Source: Ramazzottius varieornatus
Lineage: Eukaryota > Animalia > Tardigrada
Reading direction: 5' to 3'
Assembly (NCBI GenBank): GCA_001949185.1
Contig: BDGG01000002.1
Coordinates: 5,260,448 to 5,324,447, forward strand
Length of the DNA: 64,000 bases
In this document: one piece after another, positions 29,869 through 41,050 of the stretch
Layout: each line of letters opens with the position of its first letter
Numbering within the stretch: the stretch's first letter is position 1
The notes under the pieces: generated by a model
Told to the model about the DNA's origin: nothing
Databases searched by the model: none
What the model saw: only the letters and a program-made list of their open reading frames with translations
Translations under genes and position numbers: made by a program

Positions 29869-30768
29869 TCATGTTAAGTCGGCTTCTCCCATTGATCGTT
29901 TAGCCCGCAGGAAGATCGACGTAGCCCACGGGTCAAGTCGGGAAATCTGGTCGTACTCTTTCAGCGCTTCCGTGAAACCATCCACATCCGAGTTCTCCAT
30001 ACAAGCCAAGACCGTCTTTAGCAGCTTGAATTCACGACTATCTTCCAGCGCGGGAAAATGGTCCAAATAGCGAGTCATGGCATGCTGCGCGTTCAGAGGA
30101 TCGACACACAGATGACAAAGTGCCGCTTTGAAGTAATATTCTTTGGCACCGTACTTCAACATTGGGTTTTCCGCGTTACGATTAGCAACTTGTTCGAAAA
30201 TCTCAATGGCTCGAGTAAAGTCTTCCGTGTCTGCTGCGAATTGTGCCACTTTCAGCAGACATTTCTGGGCATGACTTTGTGACTCTTCCCCTTGATAGTA
30301 ATCTGCAGCTTTCTGGTAATGGGCGATGGCTTGCTCTTTGTCTTGTGCATCAGACTCATATATTTCAGCAATACTCGTGTGTGTTTTCGCAGCCATAGTG
30401 AAACGACCCATCTCTGTCTGAATGCCTACTGTTCGCTTCAAGCACTCAACTGCACGCGTGGGATTCACCTTCTTGAAACTCATGCTTGCATCTTGAAACT
30501 TCTGGCTGGCTTCTAGCTTGTTCCCCGAACTTTCGTTCAACTTCGCGGCTTCTTCGAAAGCGCTTCCAGCAGCGTTCCAGTTCTTGGCCATCTTGAAGCA
30601 GTTGGCTGCTTTGCAGTACAGCTCGATGGCATCGTCCACTCGCGAACTTCCGCCTCCGAACATGCCGCCCAAAAATCCGGCCTTGCCCTGTGCTTTCTTT
30701 TCCGCTTCTGCGAGATATTTCTGGCCTTGCTGTTCTTCTGGCGATGCTGTTCCGCTCTTGTCACTCAT
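29869..30768 (-). CDS. NAPA: Alpha-soluble NSF attachment protein (single coding exon)
   Basis: AEAEKK...FLGGMFGGGSSR, AANCFKMAKNWNAAGSAF, MGRFTMAAK, LKYGAKEYYFKAALCHLC, YDQISRLDPW, acidic ADL tail. Confidence 0.96.
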   Translation of the reverse strand: MSDKSGTASPEEQQGQKYLAEAEKKAQGKAGFLGGMFGGGSSRVDDAIELYCKAANCFKMAKNWNAAGSAFEEAAKLNESSGNKLEASQKFQDASMSFKKVNPTRAVECLKRTVGIQTEMGRFTMAAKTHTSIAEIYESDAQDKEQAIAHYQKAADYYQGEESQSHAQKCLLKVAQFAADTEDFTRAIEIFEQVANRNAENPMLKYGAKEYYFKAALCHLCVDPLNAQHAMTRYLDHFPALEDSREFKLLKTVLACMENSDVDGFTEALKEYDQISRLDPWATSIFLRAKRSMGEADLT

Positions 30769-31415
30769 TGTATATCTGTAAGATTAGAAATCATCAAAGC
30801 TCGGAGCTCACAGCAGATATCTTCGACATAAGTATTGGTTTTGATCAACCGATCTAGATTCATCAGCCACGTTCGCAGTCACGCAACCTTGGAACATAGA
30901 GGTACATTATCGTAAATGCTGAGTAAATTCGACAGGAATCTGATCTTACCACAGTAACTTCAAACATGTAAACTTGCACACTAAACTTGCGGCTATATAC
31001 AGTACCACTATATACGCACCAGTGGAGCTGTAGCTGCTTATATAATTTCCAAATTTCGTACTGCAATGAACCGCAGTGATGCAGGAAAACTTGCTCCAGA
31101 TACTCTAATAATGCTGTCGTCCAGTATTCCAGATGGTTACCTAAAAAGAATAGAGCAAGAATGACAGAGCCGAAAGAGGCCAGCGAAGCTTATTGGGAAC
31201 TCAGACTCAACAGCGAAAAGACACGTTTCTGATCGAGGTCGCTTAGCTGTCTGCAGACGCGCTCCTTGTCTCCTTTCCTAGTACTTACCATGTAGGCTCA
31301 TCCGGGATGGTCAGGATGGAAGGCGAAAACCGATCAATAGCCTGCGAAGCAAGCGAGTGTAATCGACATGTCCACATCTGCAACGAGGGATACGGGGCCG
31401 AAGAGAGACAGAGAT

Positions 31416-31454
31416 TATAATGTAATAATTGTAATATATAATTATTACATTATA
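31416..31454. repeat. Perfect 15-bp AT-rich inverted repeat with 9-nt loop
   Basis: TATAATGTAATAATT (31416-31430) / AATTATTACATTATA (31440-31454), bracketed by the direct repeat AGAGATTA. Confidence 0.7.
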
Positions 31455-31828
31455 GAGATTACGAGCGCCAACGCACTAGCACTATTCGCTACGCATGAGA
31501 GCATGGTGACCTCACATGTAAACATTATGCGACCCTTTTAACACAGAGCCTACGAGACGAACTTGTTCCTATGATGTCACAATGTTCTTATGCGTATCGA
31601 ATCGTGCTAGTGCGCTTTCGTTCGCAATCTGTATATTGTAGTAACATGCGATAGATACGTCGTGTCATGTGGCCGGACAGTACGGCCCACGCATCACGTA
31701 CAGTATATGTGCATGCATGCAGTCATCCGCTGATCGAAGGCTCCTGACATCAGATTTTCTCTTAATCGCAGAACTTCCACCTATGTCGACGGAATAAAGC
31801 AGGAGTGTTCTTCATTACCATTCGGAAA

Positions 31829-33602
31829 TCAAGAAACATCTGAGCTTGGCAAGAAGAACGATCTCGCGGTATCAAAAGCATCGAGGGTCAAATTAAAAGC
31901 AGGATGCAACTTTTCTAGAATATTTAGGTCGTCGTCAGCAAGTTCGTCGTTATATTCGTCAAACAAAAACTCGTGGTGAGCAATGGAAAGTCCGCCTAGA
32001 GCGTAACAGGTATGATAATAATCACTTCCTTTTCCAGGTTTATCACAAATGCCGTCTGCGTTCTGGCAGCATAGCAGGACGTATTGCCGAAGCAGTACCT
32101 TGTCGAAAAGCCACGAGTTCATAGGTACATGTACCGAATCAGGATCGGTGCTTAGCGCCTGTTGCACCAAAGGAAAGGCTGCTCCTTGCCAGAAACTGTA
32201 GCAGCTGTCGACGAGCTTGTTCGTTCTTCCCTGTAAGAATTTCAGTGTACAGTACCGCCAACGATAACATGTTAGTTGTCCGTGGAAGGTTCTAATTGTA
32301 TTTTCATTGAAATACTCAAGAGCATCGAATGTGTATACCTGGAATCCTCCTTCGTACCGCGTTTGTCGAGCAGAAAGCCATCGCACCAAGCTCCTCAAAT
32401 CACAAAGCATCGGCTTCTCCAACAGGTACAGTGCAGCAAGCGCACAATAAGTGTAGCCACCATGCGCTTCACATCCCGGGACAGCGCCAAAGCCCCCTTC
32501 GTACGTCTGGCAATCCGCCAGCCAGAAGGGAGACAGGTCGAACAACGGTCGCAGAGGGATATTCAGGAGGACAGCCACCGATACAGCACAGTACACTGCG
32601 CGAGTATCTTCTTCCCCATCTAGGTTCATGGTAAACGCTCCACTTGATCGCCTCATCTGGTAGAGAAAGGTCCGTACGCCTTTTTTGTCGATTAGCGAGA
32701 GTGCTTCTTCGGTTCCCACACAAGACAACCTGCAGTAACACATAAAGACAGCTGTACATAAGAACCTGATTTTTAGAGAGTTATGGTAGTTTCTTACGCC
32801 ATGCAAGCGGCATAGGTGGCCGCAAGGTGCGAAACTTGGCCAGGTCCTCCTGTGAAACCTCCCGATGGATCCTGACATGCTCGTAGGATTGATATGGTCC
32901 TAAACGAACGAACCAGGAAGTCAAAAGCACAAAGCATTATAATTGTCGCAGTTTTCATTGGCAAGCCGACCATACTTCTTCGCGACACTGTCTGGAATTT
33001 TCTCTCCTAGGATCCGAAGTCCATTTAGTATCCAGAAACACAGCCACGGGTGGCTACTATCTAACGACTGCAACAAAACAAAACGCATTAACTTATAATG
33101 CGGAATGGAACAATCTTGTCTTGTTGACTAAGAAGTCTCGAACATTGCCTCTCTAGTCTCAAGCTTCATACAGAGTAGCTACTCGGCAGACTGTCGAATC
33201 CTCGGAGCATGAAGCGAACAAGAGACTTCCGCTTCAAGTGTCTGCAAAAGATAATCATTACTCGACCAACTACGTTTCCAACTACGCACTTCTATACCTG
33301 GGATGTATCGACGCGTGCGACGAGTAAAGCTTCTCGCACAGCTCTTCCGTCTCCCACTACAATAAGATAAATCATCTAGACGGGAGTACAGCCTCTACGA
33401 CCAAAGGTGTTTAGCTATACATAGCGTGATGAGCAACATCCTCTCACAACGTTAGCAGTTACCCAACGAAACGACAAAGCTTACAGCTTACTTGAGCCTC
33501 CGTCGACTTTGTCCACGGCATTTCTTCTCCCATCCAAAACGGCAAACAGTGACATCGTTCGAGTGCTCGATAGCTATGTGATCGTCCATCGGATCCTTCC
33601 AT
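31829..33602 (-). CDS. FNTB: Protein farnesyltransferase subunit beta (multi-exon)
   Basis: LDSSHPWLCFWILNGL, GGFTGGPGQVSHLAATYAA, CQTYEGGF...EAHGGY, GRTNKLVDSCYSFWQG, DKPGKGSDYYHTCYALGG; start inferred from TKSTEAQ|WETEE exon joining. Confidence 0.93.
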
Positions 33603-33715
33603 GGTGCTGCTCTCGTGCCAACCGGAAGTTCATCCAGGACAAGAACGAAACGTGCAGCAAGAGCCTGGATTTTTCGTTCTTCAACTGTCCCGAGGCGTTA
33701 CATCAAATTGGACTA

Positions 33716-34058
33716 TGGTGAGCCGGGCGATTCAAAAGTCCACAGTACTTTTACCGCGGGTGCATGCGCGGAGAAACTCTATGCGCCGTGAAATACTTTT
33801 TCCGCGCATCCACCCGCGGACTAGGCGAGAGTNNNNNNNNNNNNNNNNNNNNNNNNNNNNNNNNNNNNNNNNNNNNNNNNNNTTTATCCGCGCATCCACC
33901 CGCGGATAAAGTCGAGTTTTTCCGCGCGTACACCCGCAGATAAAGTCAGCTTATCCGCGCATCCATGCGCGGAGAAACAGTTAAACCGCGCATGGAGTTT
34001 CTCCGCGCATGCACCCGCGGTAAAAGTACTGGGGACTTTTGAATCGCCCGGCTCACCA
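33716..34058. mobile_element. MITE-like/foldback DNA element with 70-bp TIRs and TA flanks, spanning an assembly gap
   Basis: 33716-33785 and 33989-34058 are inverted repeats with 2 mismatches (TGGTGAGCCGGGCGATTCAAAAGTCC...); TA on both sides; internal ~33-bp repeats TCCGCGCATCCACCCGCGGA. Confidence 0.85.
33833..33882. other. Assembly gap (50 N)
   Basis: Run of N inside the repeat-rich element. Confidence 1.
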
Positions 34059-34559
34059 TATTGGACCTTTGGTGATCGTCATTGACCAGATTCAAGACAC
34101 AGCTGGCTCAATCAAAAATTCAAAAGCGTATATCAAATTATCAATCGACTGGCTTAATTTCACCAGAGAAACATTGCGAAATCCTGAAAACGAATTAAGT
34201 CCGCATTTCCACAGCGCGATCAGCATCTTCAGGTAATCAGGTCCAGAACTTCTCAACCTCCACCCGTTGATCTCTTCTCACTGTCTTCTCTGGCTCAGTG
34301 TTGAGGATTATTGCTGTTTGACACGGCCCATCTGGACATCCCGACGGAGGATCTGAAGTCTCTGGACGAAGCCGACGCGGAAACGTCTATGCAGTCTGCA
34401 CCGGTGGTGAGCAGCCACGGAAGACTACCAGCTGTCTCGAAGTCGGGCATTTGGAGACGTCACGAAGAAGATTTAACGAGGTGCGTTAGTGGTATATTGT
34501 TGTTTTAGTGTAGACCGTAGTTTAATCTTCTAGTTCGTCGCCTCTTCTCTATAGACGAA

Positions 34560-35398
34560 ATGCCCCAGAACGAGCATATTGAGCTAGCGCAGAAACGACA
34601 TGGAAGACGCTTGGATTACCATGAACGGAAGCGTAAACGGGAAGCTCGAGCCCCTCACGAACAAGCTGATAAGGCTCAGAACCTACGCGGAATCAAGGCT
34701 AAACTGTACAACAAGCAGCGCCATAATGAGAAGGTTCAGATGAAGAAGACGATCCGAATGCACGAAGAACGGGACACCACACAGAAAGATGCTCCAGTTC
34801 AGGATGGCGCTGTACCTGCGTACCTGCTCGACCGTGAGACACAGACGAGAGCCAAAGTTCTGTCCAACATGATCAAGCAGAAGCGCAAGGAGAAGGCTGG
34901 AAAATGGTCAGTACCGATTCCTCAGGTCAAAGCTGTCAGCGAAGCCGAAGTATTCCGTGTACTCAAGAGTGGAAAGTCCAAAAAGAAATCATGGAAACGA
35001 ATGGTTACGAAGGTACGATTCAGATTCAAGCAAGTTTGCTGATAAGGCCCCTTATCCAACTTCTTCTGTAGGTTTGTTTCGTGGGAGAAGGGTTTACGCG
35101 GAAACCTCCCAAGTTTGAACGATTCATCCGTCCGATGAGTTTACGTTTCAAGAAGGCTCATGTGACGCATCCAGAGCTGAAAGCCACATTCCATCTACCC
35201 ATCATTGGTGTGAAGAAGAACCCTAGTTCGCCTATGTACACTTCACTAGGTGTCATAACGAAAGGTACCATTTTGGAAGTCAACGTCAGCGAGCTCGGTC
35301 TGGTCACACAAGGAGGAAAAGTCGTTTGGGGAAAGTACGCCCAAGTTACGAATAATCCTGAAAACGATGGGTGTATCAATGCCGTTCTGTTAGTTTGA
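34560..35398 (+). CDS. NSA2: Ribosome biogenesis protein NSA2 (2 exons)
   Basis: MPQNEHIE...[26 protein letters not shown]|[41 protein letters not shown]. Confidence 0.98.
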
Positions 35399-36368
35399 TT
35401 TTTTCTTCTGACAACAAGAGTTTACACCGACGGGACATGTTTGTTTCACGGACTTCTTTGTTGAGGCAACACGTCTACGAACCACTTCTTCGATGTAAAA
35501 GAATGATTTTATCGCGAATGACGTTCCTGGGGACTTCGTTAAGATTAGCTCTTTAGCATCGTTCGAATGTCATGAAGCTAAGGACCTGTCGTCTAAACGG
35601 CCTTGGATCCTTTTTTCGTGGCTGCTGTGCGATCAACGTGAACGTCTGTACTGTTTTGATATCCGCGGTTTTCCTTTCGCTTTGAAAGGCACATTATTAG
35701 ACATGCATATATCCGAGTATCTCGGAAGTACATTTGAAGAGATCGAAGGGGCTTTACGTCGGAAAGACTAGAATCCAGAAATACGACTTATAATGATGAA
35801 GATGTTGAGAGGGATGCAGAAAAACGATAACGTTACTGTGACGTCATCGCTGTTTGATCAGACCGCGGTGTGCTGTAATGCTTATTGAACTTCGCGAATC
35901 ACATGACTGTATGCGTGGAGTTAAACCCCAGTCCGTTGGCTATACCCTACCAACGCCCGGAGGGATGTTTCGCACGTTGCATGACGTATTTCGCGACGTT
36001 GAAGAAGCATTACAGCATACCGCGCATTTCTGAAATTCTGATCTCGTCGACTCGCCCTTTGAGCCAGTTTGGCTGGTTTGTGTATCTATTCCCGGATTTC
36101 GCCCGACGACATCGGTATCAGCTAAAGTTTCGAACTTCCGTCAGTTCCTGCCATTGCGGGTACTGTGCAGCAGCATATCAGCTGATATCGCCCAGCAGCT
36201 CTGAACCTGTGGCCTGTATATCTGGCGGCTTGCTTCCGGCTGACCTCCCCGACATGACGGCGACATCCCTGTAATCCCGGAATCTCAAGCATCAAGATGC
36301 TCACGGAAAAGAGCGCTTATCCTTCAGTCAAGAAGGCAGCATGTCCGAGCCAGATCCTTGCAAGTACA

Positions 36369-37077
36369 ATGGAGATTGCTGATGTCCAAAAGGCGCTGGA
36401 TGTTAACGAATCACCATGTATGCAAGCTATTATGCGTGCATACGGCCAGCACCAGGAGGTATGCGATTAGCTCACAGTTTACCCACGAGCTTCTCTCGAT
36501 GTTCCGACTCCAGAGACCGCATAAACCCGGAGTATCATAGCTGACCATGGCCTATGGGTGGACTTGGTTTCTTTACAGAGACTAGACGTTACCGAAGCGC
36601 TGTCTGACGAGAAGTTACGTAAGATTCGAGAAATCGTTCACTTCGTCTACGCCGAGGAAAGGCAACAACGCCATGCGACAAAATTGACCGTACAGGTAGG
36701 AGATTATTCGTGAAATCCTGAAGTTATGAAGGAGGAACAAGAAACCAAAAGCTATCGCTATGGTATAACCAACGCTGCCGGTTGCCGCGTTCTCCCTTCC
36801 TCTGCCGGAAATGAGTTTGCTTTCTTCTTCCGTCTCTTAGGCTGACTTGATCGGATACTCTATGCATGGAAGAGGTGGTGACCAAGTTGTGCGTCTTAAA
36901 ACGATCAACACTAATCTGTACCTGAACAACAAACAAAGAACTGGCGTGGGGCTGGACAGCGGACTGATTTCCGTCTGCAACACGGACGAGCAAATTGATT
37001 ACGGCAGTGAAGAAACTGACCCGGAAGAAGAGGAAGAAGATGTCGACATGGAGGACCAGGAAGAGCCGGAAGGTTGA
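36369..37077 (+). CDS. 147-aa protein, divergent TFIIA gamma (small subunit)-like with acidic tail; exons 36369-36458, 36579-36695, 36841-37077
   Basis: Two canonical phase-0 GT-AG introns give an open frame. By-eye alignment to TFIIA-gamma: KLTVQADLIGYSMH~RVNFRGSLNTYRFC, DQVVRL~DNVWTF, LDSGLISVCN~VDKVKIVACD. Confidence 0.6.
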
Positions 37078-37338
37078 CTTATTTTCTACGTATACGTTGG
37101 GCGCTATGGTTTAGGGCGTTTCCGTGATAGGGATAGTCTTATCAAGATGTACAAATTGAACAGATTGAAATCTTTGGATTCCGTAACCGCTATATCGTTC
37201 CTGATCTCTTACAGACTTTTAGAATGTGATGTGAAATTTCGAGGCCAACCGGCAAGTGTGCCGTTGCCCGAGTTTCATAAACAATAGCATCTTTTTGCGC
37301 TTGATCTTATTGTAACCTGCAAGTTACGTCAGAGGACC

Positions 37339-39888
37339 ATGTCTGCAACTGCTTCCGCCACCACGAGACTGAAGAAAGCTTACGATGCGGTGATAATTGG
37401 AAGTGGTAAGTCGACTCTGTACGTCTTTTTCATTCGCGGAAGATTCAAAACTAGCTTCCGTACTTTTTAATCAATTTACGTAATTGATTAATTAATGTAT
37501 CTGTTTAGGTCACAATGGACTTGTTGCGGTAAGTCTGTGGCAACCTACAAATTGTAGTTCCAAAGTCTCACCACTACTGGCGGACCGAATGGCGGCTGCT
37601 CATGGCAGGAAGTGTGGTTGCTCCTGTTTAGGCGTCATATCTACGGAAATCCGGCTTGGATGTGCTCGTTCTGGAGAGACGTGGTGTGGTTGGAGGTGTG
37701 TTTGGTTCTTAAAGAAAATGCTACAGCAGTTCTTCGCCCGGCGTCCGAGCCACTGTGCTTCCGTTACTTTGATATTCAGCCCTGACACTGTAGCCTTGTC
37801 GTTGTAGGTGCAACCGTTACGGAGGAAATTGTTCCTGGTTTTAAGTTTTCCCGCTGCTCATATGTGCTGAGTTTATTGAGGCCCATAGTCTATGAGCAGC
37901 TGGAACTCAAGGTACCTAGGGGACCAAAATAGTAGGTCGACTCCCAGAAGTTGTTTTAGTGTACAGATGCTCTATTAGAAACACGGACTGAAACTGCATT
38001 TTCGAGACCCGGCATCCTTCACGCCGCTGAAAGGATCCCAGCAGTCACTGCTTTTGGGAATGGATGAAAACAGCAACTATCACCAGATAGCTCAGTTTTC
38101 TGCCCGAGACGCAGAAGCGTTCGTCAAGTACGAAAAGTTCCTCAACCAGCTAGTGGACTCCATCGATCCACTCTTCGATGTAGCGCCACCTAGATTCTCT
38201 TCGAACACGCGAGGACTCGCAGGAAACTGGGACAACCTTCAAAGCTGGAGAGAACTGATGCGCGCTTGTAAGCAACTTTCCATACTTGCTTCTGGTTCAA
38301 GCGCGTATGTCTTCACAATACTCACATTTTTTCACATTTGTTCACAATGTCTTCACATTTGTTTTCATCTGATGCAGTGGGTAAATTTCGCGGGATATTC
38401 CCCGACGTCTACGAGCTCATTACCGCACCCATCGCCAAGGTCCTCAACAAAAGGTTTGAAAGCGATCCGCTGAAAGCAACACTTGCCACTGATGGCTTGA
38501 TAGGTGGGTATGCGTTCATCTATCCACGTAGTTTTCCGGAGAGTTTCATTAGCTCGTGATTGACAGGTAGTAGTTTGGGACCAAGCTCCGCGGGAAGCGG
38601 CTATGTGCTGCTCCATCACGTTATGGGTAGGCTGGAAGGCCGGAAAGGTGCTTGGGCGTATGTTGAAGGCGGCATGGGTGCTGTGGCTGAGACTCTGGCA
38701 AATGTACTACGAAGCGCCGGCGGAGAGATCATGTGTAACCATGAAGTTGAACAGATCCTCGTTTTTGACGGAAAGGTTGAGGGGGTTCAGCTGAAAGGCG
38801 GAGAAGAGGTCAAAGCTAAGATGGTTCTGAGTGGCGCGACGGTTAGGGAAACGATGCTGAAGTTGCTTCCTGAGGGCAGCTTGGATTTATCAGTCAAGGC
38901 GGAAGTTGAAGGGATAGATTACTCGTCCCCGGTGGTCAAGATCAACGTCGCTATGTCTAGAATTCCCGATTTCTCCAAAAGCGGCAATATTGTGCAGCCA
39001 CACCACCGAGCCACCATACATCTCAACAGTGAAAATATGGGAATGCTGGAATCAGCCCATAAGGACTACATCGCCGGAAAACCTTCTGAGAAGCCTTTCA
39101 TGGAGGTACAGTGTTATGCTTTCTGTTAGGAAACAACGATTTGACGCGGAAGTTCAATGTGGCAGAACAACGTTTACCATGAAGAATGGTTACTTTACAG
39201 ATGGTCATACCTTCCAGTCTTGATCCAACGATAGCTCCACCAGGTGCCCATGTTGCTCTGCTCTTTATCCAATACATCCCGTACGCCGTAACTAAGTTGT
39301 GGAAGGAGAAAGAACGCACCGACTTTGCCCAGAAAGGTACGCATTAAAAGGCGCTAGTGTGTACAGTTCAAGTCCCGCTTAATATTTAACTGTGGCACAC
39401 TAAAGTGCGCTGTGGTTATCCCTAACACGCAGTTGTTTGCCGGTTGGGAAATATAGTCTTCAAGCAAATTGATGATTACGCGCCGGGTTTCTCCGCTTCG
39501 GTGGTTGGCTATGAGGTTTTGACGCCGGATATTTTGGAGAGCACCTTCGGTCTAACCGGTGGAAACATTTTCCATGGTGCGTTGAGCTGGGACCAGCTGT
39601 TCTTCTCAAGACCTTCTTCTAATCTTCATGGATACCGGACGCCGATCCAGGGTTTATACCTATGCGGAAGTGGGTGCCATCCAGGTAACGGAATACAGTC
39701 CCGGTAACACTCGCACGTCAAATATAGTGCGCAAATTTGATAACATCTTGATGCTCAAAGTCCGTTATCTACAGCACACATAGCTAGGATCCGTAGAACT
39801 ATAAGGCTTAACTGCTTCAGGTGGAGGGGTTACCGGAGCTCCTGGCAGACTTGGGGCACTGACAGCACTACAGGATTTCCGACGGTGA
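37339..39888 (+). CDS. PYROXD2: Pyridine nucleotide-disulfide oxidoreductase domain-containing protein 2 (multi-exon, includes a ~19-nt micro-exon)
   Basis: [106 protein letters not shown]. Confidence 0.96.
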
Positions 39889-40130
39889 TTTAATCAGACG
39901 CCCAAACGTAATTTTGAAATCTGAATGGAGGTAAACGTGGTCACGGTTCCCCTGGGAAGCGAGCTACCGCAGACAGATGGCAGTGCAGTAAGCAGTCCCG
40001 TTACTTCCGTGCCGTGTGTCGCATCGCAATAAAGCGTTACCTGGCGATCCGTAACATCTATATCGATCGAATTCCGTTTATGAATTATCCAACAGTTTTT
40101 AACCGCGGATCGTTCTATTCGAGTTCATTA

Positions 40131-40609
40131 GCCCTCCTCACGACAGGCCGTAAAACTCCGTTGATTGTGTTGATCTTGAAAGTGGATTACGAAGTTTCGC
40201 TTTCAAGATAAGCAGCCCTCGAGTAGCTTATCTTGAAAGCGAAAACGGATTAATCTCTGCACACTTGACTCAAAATTTCAAATTTTCATTTCTCAGCTGA
40301 TTTCTGTCTGCACAGTGCTTCACGTTGCGAGATACCGTTTCACGTATGGGCTTCTTGATACCTATTAGTGTCGGGGATATCGACAGACAGAGACTAGCCA
40401 GAGAGAAAACCATGAATTTCAGTCTAGTCAGGAGGCAAAGTATGCCTACAAACCTAAGTCACCCCGCAAAACTCGCGCATTTCCGCTCACGTTTCCCAGA
40501 CTTTCGAAAAACGCAATTTTGCCTCACTCACGACTAATTTCCGTTGATCAAGCAAACTCAAATCTTAAATCAACCGTTTGCGACATGAACAGCTCGTCGT
40601 GAGGAGGAC
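40131..40609. mobile_element. Putative 479-bp MITE (14-bp TIRs, TA flanks) with an internal 19-bp hairpin
   Basis: GCCCTCCTCACGAC (40131) versus reverse complement GTCCTCCTCACGAC (ends 40609), 13/14 identical; TA at 40129-30 and 40610-11; perfect inverted repeat 40195-40213/40226-40244. Confidence 0.6.
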
Positions 40610-41050
40610 TATTATATCATGTCGTTAAGTTACAGCTTCAGTACTCTGGCTTGCTATGCTTTGCCTTCGCAGCACTTTACCGTCGAAATGTCTTCAAGGG
40701 TTTGCGAACTATGCCTTCAACGTGTCTTCGCTGCATATTGACTAGAACTAGCTCAACCAAATACCACACCACCGAACACCGTACCCGCACATCGCTACTT
40801 GATTATTTGATTTCCTTTTTTTCGCACGGTAACCGCTGACTGGGCGACATACCGTGAGATTTCACGAATTTCCCGCTTCTCCGTATCTCTTCGATTCATG
40901 ATTCTTCGAATTTTTGACACCTGCCGTGACCTGCAAAATCAAAAGCCATCTTCATCACAAGTTGCTGCCTGGAACATCCCCTCCCATTGTGCGGACAATC
41001 ACTGTTTGTCGGTTGAGTGGAAACAGCGTGTCGTTCTGTTTTACAGCGCC

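Noticed and set aside
30769-31292. Possible spliced upstream ATG exon/uORF for alpha-SNAP (ATG|GTAAGT near 31290)
   Set aside because: Splice partners are ambiguous and the products would be tiny out-of-frame peptides; not supportable without transcripts.
36579-36985. Weak resemblance to the ribosomal protein uL1/RPL10A N-terminus (VRLK, SVC)
   Set aside because: Short scattered matches only; the TFIIA-gamma alignment covers the whole domain and fits the exon structure better.
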